Below, piece by piece: positions 50,170 through 62,904 of a stretch of DNA of 64,000 nt. Positions within the stretch are counted from its first letter, which is position 1. Each line of letters starts with the position of its first letter. The translations under genes and the position numbers were made by a program. The notes under the pieces were generated by a model. That model was not told the origin of the DNA. It made no database searches and was given only the letters and a program-made list of their open reading frames with translations. Source of the stretch: Pavona decussata (lineage: Eukaryota); NCBI GenBank assembly GCA_977016875.1, contig CDRNST010000175.1, forward strand, positions 868,001 to 932,000. Reading direction: 5' to 3'.

Positions 50170-53100
50170 TGGTAAGTAAAGGACTATCAGGAACGTTCAA
50201 GTAGGGAGATGACAACAGAGTCAGCAGTGGAGTGTCTTCCAGGTCTTGATTCTATGGCCACTTGTCCTACTATCCGATTAACCTCAGGATATGCATACAT
50301 TTTGGGAATGTCTTGTTCAAGAAATCTAAAAGAAAGAAAGACAGTTTTTAGCTCCAAATATAAGCCTGTCTGAATTTTGAAGTGCCTCTTAGGAAGACCT
50401 CACTCAACAGACATGGAATCTTGTGTTTTTATGATGGAAATTATTGAAATTTTATGCAGTGTTAACCCTGAGGGAATGAGCTGACTTTCCACAAATAATC
50501 AGAAAATTTAAAAGCTTACGCGAGTGTATTGTTGAGTAAGACTCTGTACCATGCTTATAATTTTCGTCCTGTTCCATCAGAGGGCATGCTCAGTAATGAG
50601 CTCTTTTCCGTCTGGAAATTTTTGAAAAACAGTTTGCATAAACATTCAACATATTCCAAGTAAGTACATTAAATTATAACAAGGTTATACATGAATTGTC
50701 AATAATAATATTGTTACAACAAATTATTCCAACGAAAATGGCCATCATAATTACAAACAAAAAAGGATGGGTCTTCATGAGTGCATTATCATTTAAGATT
50801 ACCACTTACTCTCAGGAAGCATTTACTTTGTTGTGTTTGCCGCACCGTGACATGTGAGAGTTGATTTGCTCCACTTCCTCACCTGCGGAACAGGCACTTC
50901 CCTCCTGCCAACGGCCTCCCCATATGACCTGTATATTAGGAGCTTCATTGCAATTCATAGCAATTTCTCCAGGTAAAAGCTGCCAAGAATGTACATGTAA
51001 CTTGTAGTTCATTTTCAAGTACTGTTGAAGACTTTGTGAGATTACAAGTATTGATTATTACCTGACAAGTCCAGTTGTGTGCCTTAGCATGCATTACTGA
51101 CAAGGCAGGTTTCATGTCACTTCTATCTAGACCACCAGTCTTTCTTGCCCATTTCCAATATTTACAAACTGTATCCTCCCAAAAAAATTGACACCAGCAG
51201 GTATCATTTTTTTTAGATGTATATAGTTTGCATAACCAAACAATTCCCCCTGGAACATATTCACAGCCCACTGAGCCAGACCATGCCTGCAACCTATAAC
51301 AAGAGTTTTCACTCAGAGGAAGTCTATCTACTAAAAACAGCTACAGTATGTGATAAACTTTAAAGCATGGGTGTAATATTTTGTTTAAAGTATATTTTGA
51401 CCTGCTATTTCAAGTCCAGTCTCATCAAGTTTGGCTGACTTTCCTACTTTAGTGTTTGCAGCCCTCCAGTGTGAATTGCCACATCTATTATCACCATCCT
51501 ACAAAAACAAAAGAAACCTTGTTGAAGGCAACATGCAATTTGAGTAAGCTTCAGAAGACATTCTCAGAACACAGGTATCAGTTGTCACATTGCCTGAGGT
51601 CATTTATTTGTTGCTGAAACTTAAATTCGTTTTAAAAAGAAACTTCATAGCAAAATATGAGTTATTATTAAAGTGTCTGAGTTTGTGAATATGGACATCC
51701 TCTCAATTAAACATACAAGCAAGTGATTTCAAAGCAAAAAAGGGGATATATTCTTCAAAAATACCCAAAACTTCAATATATACATGTATGATAAGTAAAA
51801 CCTGAAGAAAATAAGCTACCCCAACGTTGTACTGTACAAGAGAAACATTTCCTGGGTAAACAACTAGGAATATGTAATAATGGGATACACAAAGTGTTCC
51901 CAATAAACCTTAGATTTGGACTGTTTTGCATAGACCGTCTTCAAGTGACTTTCAACATTGTCCTTATTGGCAATGAAGAGATCTCCGTAGTAGGATGGCC
52001 TTTGCTGACTGTGAACGGAAAAGTATTGAAAATCAAAGGCTCCTAAGAGCTAACTCATTCATCCATATAACCAAAATTGTGGTGAAAATGTGATCAGTTG
52101 TTGGAGATGTTGAAGCTACACTCCTTATCCCATGCAACCAAAATCGAGATTAACATTAAGGTCTCTAGCTGTAATTACAAAAAAGTTTGTTGTTGGGTTG
52201 ATTAATTGATATTGGGGTTTTACGAGATAGAAAATGTTTTGCTATTTTTGTCCCATGAATGGGAGTTTGAGGAAGGAGACACAAAACAGAGTATTCACTG
52301 CAAAACCTGTTCAAGCAAGTAGAATGCTACATCCTAACACAACATCTAACTTTATTTTCCTCAAATTGAACAATACTTAATGTTAACAAGCTTAATCTAT
52401 AAAATGTTTGAAAGTTGCTCTTTAACTTTATTTATTAACATAGTTAACACTCAGATGCAGTGATTAAATAGGAAAATATGCAATTATACATACTTTCAGA
52501 TATACCTGATCAAATCTTACATAGAACTGAAACTAAATGCTAGCAGTAATCTGCAACAGATAGTGGAAATCGACAAAAGGAAATGCAACCTCTATACAGT
52601 TCCTACAACTACAAGATTGAGGTTGTTATTTAATTGTAAGTAACAAGAACACAGCATTTCTTAACAACAATCAAGGAAGTGTTAATTTTTCTGTGGCAAA
52701 TTTTATCTTCTTTATGGGTAGAAGTGTTGCACATATCTTGCTTGTATTTAGTTTTGTGACATGTGCTTTGATAGGGAAACTTTGCAAGTATAGTAACATT
52801 CTAAGGGCCTCTTGACATTAGCTCGGTAACCAGGACGAATTCTGGGGTGTGTTCATATGGGAATTTTAAGCCCGGTTTACCGGGATGAATTCAAGAAAGA
52901 CAATCAAAATTGTGGAACATAAATTTGTATTGTTTGCAACTTTCAAAGCTTTCTCTACCCTTGGAACTTTACTAATAAAGCTAATTCACATACTTGTAAA
53001 GTGGAAATACTTCCAAGATCAAAACTATGCCACTTCGTTGGCCGCTATGTTTTGAGAGCGAAGCTATTTTGTTTAAAAACTTTCATCATTGTCACTGGGC

Positions 53101-56100
53101 TGGAGTGTTCATATGGGAAAATTTTCATCCTGGTTACCGTGATGTGGGCTGCAAAAACTGAGATCTCGGTTACTGGGCCAGCTCAGCCTCTGTACGGCAA
53201 TTGTATCGCAGGGCCTTGTACGGCAATCTGTATAACACATGTACGCGCGACCGTGGAACCTGATCGAAATTTGCGCTGTAAAAACAGATTTAGCCAGATT
53301 GTAGGTCGCTTCACTTTTTATGTATGTGTTGTAAGTTTTAAAGCAAATGAAATAATCGTCAACAGAGAGAATTTACTTACCGAAATGACGTGTGAAAGAG
53401 AGTCAAATATTCCTACCAAAAATGGCTTCCTTCTCTGACACGGAACACGAGGCGATGAGACCCAATGGACAAAAACAGCCCCTGGAGGGGACGGTACGTA
53501 CGCGGGCTCATTTTCAGAGTAAAAAGAATGTCTTGGACTAATTTTATTTACTGAATACCCACCTTAAAAATATAAATTCCCTCACGGTGTTTTGCAATCT
53601 TTAATTAGGCTTGTTTTGTTTGCTATTCGTGGCAAGTTGACTTATTGGTCAGCGGTTGCTCAAATCAAAGTTTTACGTCACTTCCGCTATTTTCGCTAAC
53701 GACGTCACATCCGTCTACGCAGATTTTGCTAACGCCGTTTTGCCCATCTCTGCAAAAACTCATCCATTGCTTCGCAAGCTCCGCAATGAATGAGTTAAAA
53801 AGAACGTATCAAATCCTTGCTACAATGTAAGACAAAATTACAATATGCTCAGCCAACAACTATTATAGTTGAAAGTGTATTCACATTAAATTAATGCTAC
53901 AACATAAAAAGCACCTCAAGAAATTTAAGGCAAAATGTGATGTTTAGAAGAAACCATAGACTCAGAGTAAAAGTAAACATTTCTATGCATGCAGGTGTCC
54001 ACTTCCACTACTTCCTGTTCAATAAATCTTTATACTGACCTTCCTGATGACTTAAAACGAGTAAGTTTCATATTGCCATCCACTTGACAAGAATGCTGAG
54101 AAATGGAGCAAGAAGGACAATGCATCCAGTTCAGTCCTTGAAGACAGTCTAACTCATGCTGGCAGAACTTCCACTCTTTAAAGGCACGACTAAAAGTCGA
54201 ATAGTTAATAGTTGGTGCCTGTGAACACAATGGGACATTGTTTTATCAACATGGTGCAGTACAACAAACAAAAGAAACAACAAACATTAATTTTGTACTC
54301 ACTGCAACTGAATACTATGCAAATTTAAATCAGAATAAGAACAATACAATTGAACATAAAAACAGAGTTTTGGTACAATTTAAGGATACTTCCTGGGTTC
54401 GCTGGTGTCCTTTGGAAAAAAATTCGTACGCGCGCAAGTTTTAATAAACCTCTAACAAACTATATATGATTATAAAGCTTAATAAATGTAGTTTCCTATA
54501 AAAAATATAATTTAGCGATCTTTTCCTTTTTTAAGTGCCAGGAGCCAGTAGAACCTCGAATTGACCGATGGTCGTTCCATTGAATTAATCGGTTATCGAA
54601 CGCTGTGCGAAAAAGGAAATCACTGCACAGTGTTATTCACAAGGCATCAATCAACAAAAAGGTGTCAGGCTTTTTCAAAATTCTGATTGGTTATTTAGAT
54701 ATCCACGTTTAAAGTTTGAGTAGCAAAAAATATTTGAGGCGTGTTGCGTAAACAGTCACCACGGAAAAAATATTTTGAAAATCAAAATTCCCTGACACCT
54801 CTTTGTTTGTCAGTATTCCTCGAATCTTCTGGCCAAATTTCACGACAATCCGTCAAAACTACATACCCTGTTAATTCGTTCAAAGTCGACATACTCTGCC
54901 AAAATTCAAGTGCGCGTTTTCGCTCGATAAAGGTTTGCAAGAAAAACAAGCCTCCACAGGAGATTATGACACCTCATTACATGGCGAGCCAATCGAGCAA
55001 CAGGACCCCATGGCGTCAACAACAATAGCACAGAATTTTGCGGAAAAAGTATCGCGTTGCAGACACGTTTTAGACTCCGCTGATGTGATCGAGCGAGATG
55101 GGGAAAGTGGCGAAAGGCAAACGTAAAAATCAACCAGGAAAACTTGGAAAAACCAAGGCAAACGAAACCGAAAGCGCGTCAGCGGAGAGTTTGAGGAGTG
55201 CACTGATATCAGAGATGAAATCTATTGGGTGGGTTGTGCGTTTTGATTGCGTGTTATGTAATTTACGCTTCAAGCTAAGGCGATTATTCATTTCGTATCA
55301 AAGGAAATGTATAATGAAAGAAAATCGCATTTTTACTGTTATTTAGGTACGATAGTGATTTCTTCGTAAGAAATCTTTAACATAGCGTGGAGCGGAGCAA
55401 AAAGCGAGAGAAAGGGCCACGCAGAACGCGCCATCTCCATTATTACACATGGGCTCATGCGCTTCTGGTGAGTTCAATTTCATCGGTCTAATTCTTGCTG
55501 ATTTATGTTTCATTACAAACGCGCAGTAAAACGTTATTTGGTTTTATTTCGCTGCAGAAGAAAGAAATCGGCCCAGAGGATGCAGAATATGATATTTGAT
55601 ATTTTCACAGGACGCTTGCAAAGTTACCCTGCAGGACTTTTGCACGGCAATCGACCTCTGTGTACTTGATCCAATAACAGAGGATAAATTTGAAGGCCGC
55701 TGCTCCAGTTCTTCCTGATCACCTTCGACAGAACCCTTAACGTTGATTAGAGTTTCTTGGTCGAACCAAGAGCCTTTGTTGCTCTCTGCAAGATCACGTT
55801 TTCGATCTTCGCAGAAACCTATCTTTCCCTTTTTCTTAGGCCCCACCTTCTTCCGGGATTATATCCACAGGCTCTTTTCGTTTTGTTATGACTTTTCCAT
55901 GTGGGAAGCACGAAGAATATAAAATTCGAAGTGAGAAATTTTGTGCAGGCGAGATGTAAACAAAATATGCTTATTTCTGAAATAAGAGCTCCCGGATGAA
56001 GCGTTTTGCCGCGAAAATTCATCTGGGGCGTCTCGCACTAAGAAGATTATGACACCTGTTCTATTTGTTTACTTTTATATGGAAATACGTTTTCCTAAAT

Positions 56101-58180
56101 ATCTCGCGCTTTATTTAATATTTTTCAATTTTTTTTTCAGTAAATGTTAGATGAAATCCCCAAATTCTATTTGGTCGAAAAAAATGTTTGTTCACTTTTT
56201 CACCCTATCGAACCCAAAAAGTACCCTTAAGTAATAATCAATTATTGTTAATTCGGTATTGGTTGATTCCTTTTTATGATTTTGGAATGTGGATTGACAA
56301 TCAAATTAGTTGTTTAAAGGGATAGCCTTACCATTACTTTTTTAAACCTGCCTTGGTGTGGGGTATTATAACAGTACTCTTTTACAGATTATCCTTAAGA
56401 GTTAATATCAATCTTTTTATTTTACTTCAATGTGACATTACAAAAAAAATATTAAATTTATCTTTACATGTTGAAAACTTACTCTTCCCTTCAGAACTGA
56501 AACATCTTCAAGAGCTCTTACAAAGGAGGTTTCAGAGGTCCCTGGCATTCTCTTTTGCAAGGAATCCCACAGATAAAATAACTGCTGGTCAAAGACATAA
56601 CTTGTATCTGTGGGACTCCCTGGCCAATATCCTGGATGTACCACATCATGTTTTGCACGCACTGCACTGGACAGTAAACTTGTTTAAATCAAATCGTCCT
56701 AAAAAATCAAGAACAATGACAGGTGATAAAGATAACAGTGCATAAGACAAAAAAACACTTCTGCAGCATACAACAAATACCACGGCTGCTGACCCTGTAT
56801 TCCCAGTAAACTTGTGTGTACAGGGTGTGGTTATTCTAAAGCCAACTAACACTAACATCATGGTATCCAAAAACAGAGTATTTTCAAATGTTTTAAAACT
56901 TAATAGGAGACAGAATGTAAATAAAATGAATTAAATTTACATAAACATAACTTTAAGAAAAGGAAACACAATTTTCAATGTACTGTTTAACTTAAACAAA
57001 GAAAAAGGGATTAAACACATGACAGACTGATGGTTGTTCTTGTACCTTTCTCATTTACAACAATTATTGTTCCAGAAGCTGGAAGTTGGCATGAAACACC
57101 AGGTTCTTTACAGGCTGGGCAACAAGCTGGCAACACAATGTCTGGAAATTGCTTCACTTTAAAAAAGAATGAAATAATAGAAACATTAGTCTTCAGCATA
57201 AAAAGTATTTAGTATAACATCAAAGTTTGCTTAGAATGGATGAATAACAACAACAGTGACCAATCAATGAAAACACATTTCAATGGCTCCGTGTAAATTC
57301 AATTTACCAAAGAAAAATAAAAAAAACCCCATTAAAACCAGAGAGAACATCAATGTTGTTAGAGCCTCTCTTTAAAGCGACCACCCCCATAAGCAACCGT
57401 ATCTACTTTTTGGACAAGAGGTTTGAAATTTTTTTTCGGCTACTAACCTCCATAAGCCACAAATTGAAAGGCAATACTAACTTATGACTGGTGCTACTTA
57501 GATAATTTGAAAGAGGCTCATGGCAGTTGCTCACACCCTACCTTACAGTGTAGGTAAATAATAAGGGAAACTGTGTGCGCTTTGGTGATCATACTGGCAT
57601 GTTGAGACTTAGTATTGCCACTAAAATGGTACTGCATCAATGTTTGGGTTACTCGGCTGGGTACATTTGTGTGTAGGCTGCTGGAAAAACCATGTACTGT
57701 ACCACAGGTTAATGACTGGAGTATAATATTATACCACCTGTGATCTGATCTCTAACAAGGGACCACCTCAAACTTAACATTTTTCCATGGTTGCTTCTTG
57801 TATTTGGGTGGTTGCTAGTGGTGTTAGGAAGTGCTTACCTATATTTTTCTTGTCTCCATTTTCATCTACTGTCATAGTTGGTGGGATAGCTTCAAAGAAA
57901 CCATTGACATACCCATCTTGGTTGTGAAAAGGCAATAATGAATGTATTTTGTTGTCACAAGAGGGTCAAAAGAACTTCTTAGAGGCAGTTATGGCATCTG
58001 ATACGGACCTTTCCTGACAAACGTGCTTGACACTGTTCAGGTGAGGGAAGGCTTTCACAACTGAGGACTGCCTCCAGCAACAGCTTTCGTGTGCTGTCCC
58101 AGTTGGATGACAAATTTGTCATACGTGTCTCCCAGTTTTTGGGTGATGGAATTTTTAGAGAGGTAAGAATATCCTCACAC
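50170..58180 (-). pseudogene. Multi-exon CxC3-KDZ (Kyakuja-Dileera-Zisupton) transposase, frameshifted
   Basis: Exons: IRCHNC..HSLLPFH; CCPAC..IIVVNEKG/RFDL; GYWPGSP..YVFDQQLF..WD..QKRMPG; CPSC..VDGNMKL; LDETGLEIA/GCRHG..AVNMFQGE; EDTVCKY..MHAKAHNWTCQ; WGGRWQEG..AGEEVEQINS. Confidence 0.85.
54384..56226. mobile_element. Internally deleted Kolobok element in a KDZ intron
   Basis: TTAA|GGATACTTCCTGGGTTCG ... CGAACCCAAAAAGTACCC|TTAA (15/18 match). Convergent basic ORF stubs MGKVAKGKRK (+) and GPKKKGKIGF (-). Confidence 0.8.
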
Positions 58181-58792
58181 CTGCTCAAGGCATTTTAAAA
58201 AACCCAAGCCACTATTTGAAATGTATTGAGGACATAAAATGGCCAATGTTTGAACTCTGCCCTTTATCAACGGCTAGTGGGGTATGTACACCAGTATCAT
58301 TTTCTTGATAAAAAGTGCGGTTAGTCTTAAGTTGATAGCCACAGATCTCCAAGGCTTAGTTCGAGATAAATGTTCTTTGACTGTTATTGCAATACATACT
58401 TTGTGGGGTTTAAATATTAATCTCAAGAAAAGTAAGATTGTCACGTACTAAACTCTACACGTATTTGCAGAAAGCTGTAATAATTACAACTTATTAAAGC
58501 TACCTTGTTGTAGAATTTGCAGTGCTTGCAAATTCCTCTTCACTGCAGCTTGATTGGATTCATATTGCTACAACAAAAAAAAGGAAAGACGAGGCAAACT
58601 TATAGACTTGCTGCCATAAACAACTCCTCAAACTAAATCAAGACTGTTCTTCTCTTGCCATTGATCCAGTCATGCAAGGACAAATAATATTTATGAAAAT
58701 TGAAAAACATAAAACCTTGGGGTGTGTCAATCTTGCTGAATCATTTACATAATGGGTTTCTGTAAATTGCATGGCTGTTATTAGTGTTAATT

Positions 58793-59417
58793 TTACGCAT
58801 GTTGTGGCCACCCATGTTCATTCCAGTATCCATAATAAAAGTCTATGGTCACAATTTCTTTGTTGTACGAATATTTCATTCCAAGTTGATGGTCCTGATT
58901 AATGATTGCCTCCACTCGCTTATTTCTCTTGACCTTTCGTTTCAAAAAACTTGCATTATCGAGGGACTCATCAGTGACGTCACAAAATACCTTGCTTACC
59001 CGGCTTTTTGATTTGAAAGCATAGACACAATTCTTGGGCGTTCTGGCTTTAATGACCCCAAAATTTGTCTGCGATACAATGGCTGTGAGTACATTGAACA
59101 CTTCTTTTGGCAGCTTATCTTCCACCATCACCTGCCTTGGATGTTTGACAGAACATCTGGGAGACATCCACTGCAAAAAACTGCTTCATCAAACCCTTGG
59201 CCTGCCTTTGCAACATGGGGTAGAAATCCCCAACAAGGTGTTTATACCCAAGGCGTTTAACAAAATGCTGAGTGGATAAAGGCCTCAATAAACTTCTTAA
59301 GTCGTCTAGTGCATCTCTAATGCTATTTATTTGAACTCCCTTTCTTTCAAGCTTGGCTTCCACAATCACAAGAGCGTCTTGAACAGAAATCAAAAACAGA
59401 CCACTTGTATCCGCCAT
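58793..59417 (-). pseudogene. Intronless ~208-codon gene of unknown function upstream of (or nested in) the KDZ gene, one frameshift
   Basis: ORF 59115-59417 (aaaATGGCG start) continues into 58793-59176 through a slip at the A6 run near 59177. Ends DFYYGYWNEHGWPQHA. Confidence 0.55.
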
Positions 59418-59774
59418 TTGTTTTTGTTTTGGAGCCTGATTGGGGTCAACCGCTGACAGATTGACTGCGACCGGCGTTTGGCCACTTTTAGATAAAAAAA
59501 TCCCTTGAGTGATCTGTTAATTTGATGTAGTGCATCTCTTGAACCAACCGCAAAACAGAAATCCCATTTTTACGCAAACCTACGTGAGAAACAAAAGTTT
59601 TGACTCACACTTTCAACTCCCAAGGTTGCCATTAGCATTGGTCCTTCTATTTGGGTTATTTTCTCTCAAAGCATGTCTATGTTCTACAATTGAAGAACCA
59701 GCAGTAAATTACGGACAGTGAAATTTTCAGCTCCAGGGTCATTGTTAAGAAGTACACGCACTTTGACATGTTTA

Positions 59775-60483
59775 CCTTTTCATAATATTTCCATTGCTCT
59801 TCCTTTCTATCAACTATCCCCGATATTTCTTCTTCTAACTTTTGTTTATCCTGGAAGGCCTTGATCAAACATTAACAGCAATGACAGTTAATTATACATT
59901 TTACCACCTCGTCCTTGTTACATTGCTTAGGAAACGAGTGATATCAGTTCATCATTGGATGCCGATCTGAATGGCTTAGAGGCTAAGGTTTAGTTCTCAA
60001 AATACTTTGCTAGAAAACAAGCAGACAAGATATCGTCTTTTGATAGTTGCAAAATGAGATCAGCTTCAAGCAGAACATTTCTTGGTTGTCTCAAGTAAAA
60101 CAATTATTTCACTTGCATTTGTTGGATTTTGGACGATTATGTATGCGCCACATACTTCATGGGCTATCTATCATGCCATTAGTTCCGCGTGCGTTCTGCG
60201 TTGTTACAGGCAGGGCATGTAGCAAATCGAGTTTCTCCATGTTTTGCCACTTCATGGGACTTTGGTATTAACAACTACTTAGTCCTACCTAATCCAAAGG
60301 TTGTTAGCTAATAAATGTGTTCTCTTTTGGAAAGATATTCACAACTTGTTTACTTACCATCTGAAGAGATGTCTGTAGTCCTTCATTAGTCTCAATCTCT
60401 GTGTGGAGATTTCTTCGCAGTGTTTCACAGCTCTTTGGCTCCTCTGCCAATTCTTGCTGTAGTCTTTCAATTTCCATTTGCTT
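59775..60483 (-). pseudogene. Coiled-coil exons probably belonging to the KDZ element
   Basis: Exon-like segments QMEIERLQQELAEE...LQM|gtaag and AFQDKQKLEEEI...YYEK|gtaa. Confidence 0.35.
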
Positions 60484-60844
60484 CAAACAAAAAGACGAAG
60501 GACACTGACTGACACACGTTTTTATTTTGACAGAAAATAATTTTTTAAAAAACATATCATTTATTCTTCTCAGGAAAAGTGAATCACTGCTATTAATGCT
60601 AATTTGAAGTAGAAAAAAATAATGGCAAAAAATGACTAAATTACCAACCAAATCTACAACATCTTGATCTGTTGGAACAGCTCTGGCGTCTTTCTCTTTA
60701 TCACTTTTTCTGGCAGGGGCATCATCCTTTTAAATGAAATATTGATATTTTTCACAATTTTTCTGCTAATAGTATTCAATGATAGCTTTACTTTATATAA
60801 TGGGTTCTTACAACGGATTTACTGGGGGGGGGGGGGGGTATGGT

Positions 60845-60941
60845 TAAAAAACCCCAGCCGCTATTTCAAATCTATTGACGACATAAAATGGCCGATGTTT
60901 GAACTCTGCCCTTTATCAACGGTTAGTGGGGTATGTTCACC
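60845..60941. repeat. ~95-bp dispersed repeat, second copy at about 58197-58292
   Basis: gacataaaatggcc.atgtttgaactctgccctttatcaacgg.tagtggggtatgt is shared by both copies. Confidence 0.85.
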
Positions 60942-61276
60942 TTCAGTAAGCATAGGAGCCCAAGTTCCTTTGCAAGCTTTCCCCACTAGACCCTCCCAGT
61001 AAATCTGGCAAAGTCATTAATAAATGCATATTAAAGCAAATCACGATCATGAAAATTTTATGTTCAAAGCTTTTAAAGTCGCCCCAATACCCTGAGCAAT
61101 CGTTATTTCAAACTTTGGAGGCCAGAAGGGTTTCCACTGTCCACAAATTTGGTTTGGAAAAACATGCACTTAGCAAGCATCCAGATGTCAGGTCGACAGG
61201 AGATTCCTTTGCTCTTATTATTTATGGTAAATTAAGGTTACTTTTAATCTTGAAGCTCCGTGGGTGTTCGTCCGGT

Positions 61277-61301
61277 TAATAATAATAATAATAATAATAA
61301 T
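61277..61301. repeat. (TAA)n microsatellite
   Basis: About 8 TAA units. Confidence 0.9.
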
Positions 61302-62904
61302 ATAAACTGTATGCACTGTTTTGTAGAAACCCGCGAAAACTGCATAGCATCTTGCAGCTAATTAACGAAAAAGTGAGTGTTTTCTTCGACTGAATTACCA
61401 GCCCTTGCTGGAATAAACAATTCCCCAAAAACTTGAACTGCCTCTCCCACTTTTTTCTCACCTTTTCTCGCATTCCCTTTCCCTCTGCCTCCTGGCCTAC
61501 AACCGCCTCGCAGGCTACATGATACTTAAGAAATAAACAAAACATGCTAACGATATGTAGTAAAAGCTCCAGTGTAAACCTGTCTGTCGTGAAAAAGGCT
61601 GTCAGGGGTAGTTCACACAATTAGAAGATTATGGCACTTCAGTGATAATTAAATTCTATTTCAAGAAAACATTTTTCTCAGTTAAGATTACGAGATTATC
61701 AAATCAACAAATCAATTTAGGTTGAAAAGTAAAGCCTTGACAACACTCCCTCTCTTCTGTTTGTTGAGATCCTCAATTGTTTTAGCGCCAGAAAGCACCT
61801 CCTTAAGAATGTCTTCTTTTTCGCTATTGGATAGCGAAGGTAACAAGAAATGAAAGGAGTAGCTGGTAATCCTTTGAGATTTGGTGTATCTCGCTGGATC
61901 AGCAGGTATTTTTGTGACAAGAGCAAAACAGCCCAGACTCAGTCTAGCAATTTGCTGAACCTTGTAGACGTTCTGTAAAAGGAGAGGAACGGAAAATACA
62001 CATGCTACCTCCCCAGAGATGTGTTACTTTCATAGAACAAAGAACGCCTAAAAAAAAAAAAACAACGAGCAGAAAAGACAATAACAAAACTTGGATGAGA
62101 CTTACGTTTCTTGTATGGTTTTTCTAGTGTCTTTTTATCAGATAGGACACATCCTGGTCAAATCTTCTGTTTTGTCCTAATTTTGATATGCATGGCCCTG
62201 CACGTTTGGGCTTATTTTGATTCATTTTTTCTCTAAGAATGGTCACTGTTGACCAGAAATCAGGAGTGTTGTAGGGTACACTTGCACTTGAAGTGTCTTC
62301 CTTTTGGTCAGCATGGGAGTGAGACGGAAGGATTGGAACATAATATGGGTACTCACTCTTTTTATAAAAAGTGAAGAAATCTTGTGCCTAACGTAATAAG
62401 AGGGTTGTGTTGGCAGTGGCAGAGGCAAATAGAGTAGCTGAAGAGCCTTCTGCTCTTTTTATAAGTGATAACAACTGAAGGGCGTGTACGTGGGAGGGTG
62501 CTTAGGATATTCTTGTCCAAGACGTAGACGTACACACCATGATTTTTCTGAGTTGCAAAACCATTATATCTGGGGGTTTCAAAATCATCGGATATTTCCG
62601 TTTTTTAGGAAATATTATTTATTCTTGTGTCAAGTTAGTAAATGGCAAAAATTTTTTTTTTTCCCAATTTTTTGTAAAAGTCATTAAAACCCCACTTTGG
62701 ACAGTTTAACATGCAGTCAAGACTTTTTTACTCTTGGTAAATTTTAATTTTTGCTCTTTAACTACAGTGAAATTAAAAGCTCGTGAAAGCTCTCTACAGG
62801 TTGGGGGATAGAAGCAGAAACAATAATAGAATGCAAGTGCTTCACTTTGTTTAACTGTCAAAAATCCTGTGGAGCCACCTTAATATAACAATATTATTGA
62901 TTCT

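Noticed and set aside
61276-61620. 114-aa ORF ending in poly-Tyr
   Set aside because: Produced by reading through the (TAA)n microsatellite; no recognisable domain.
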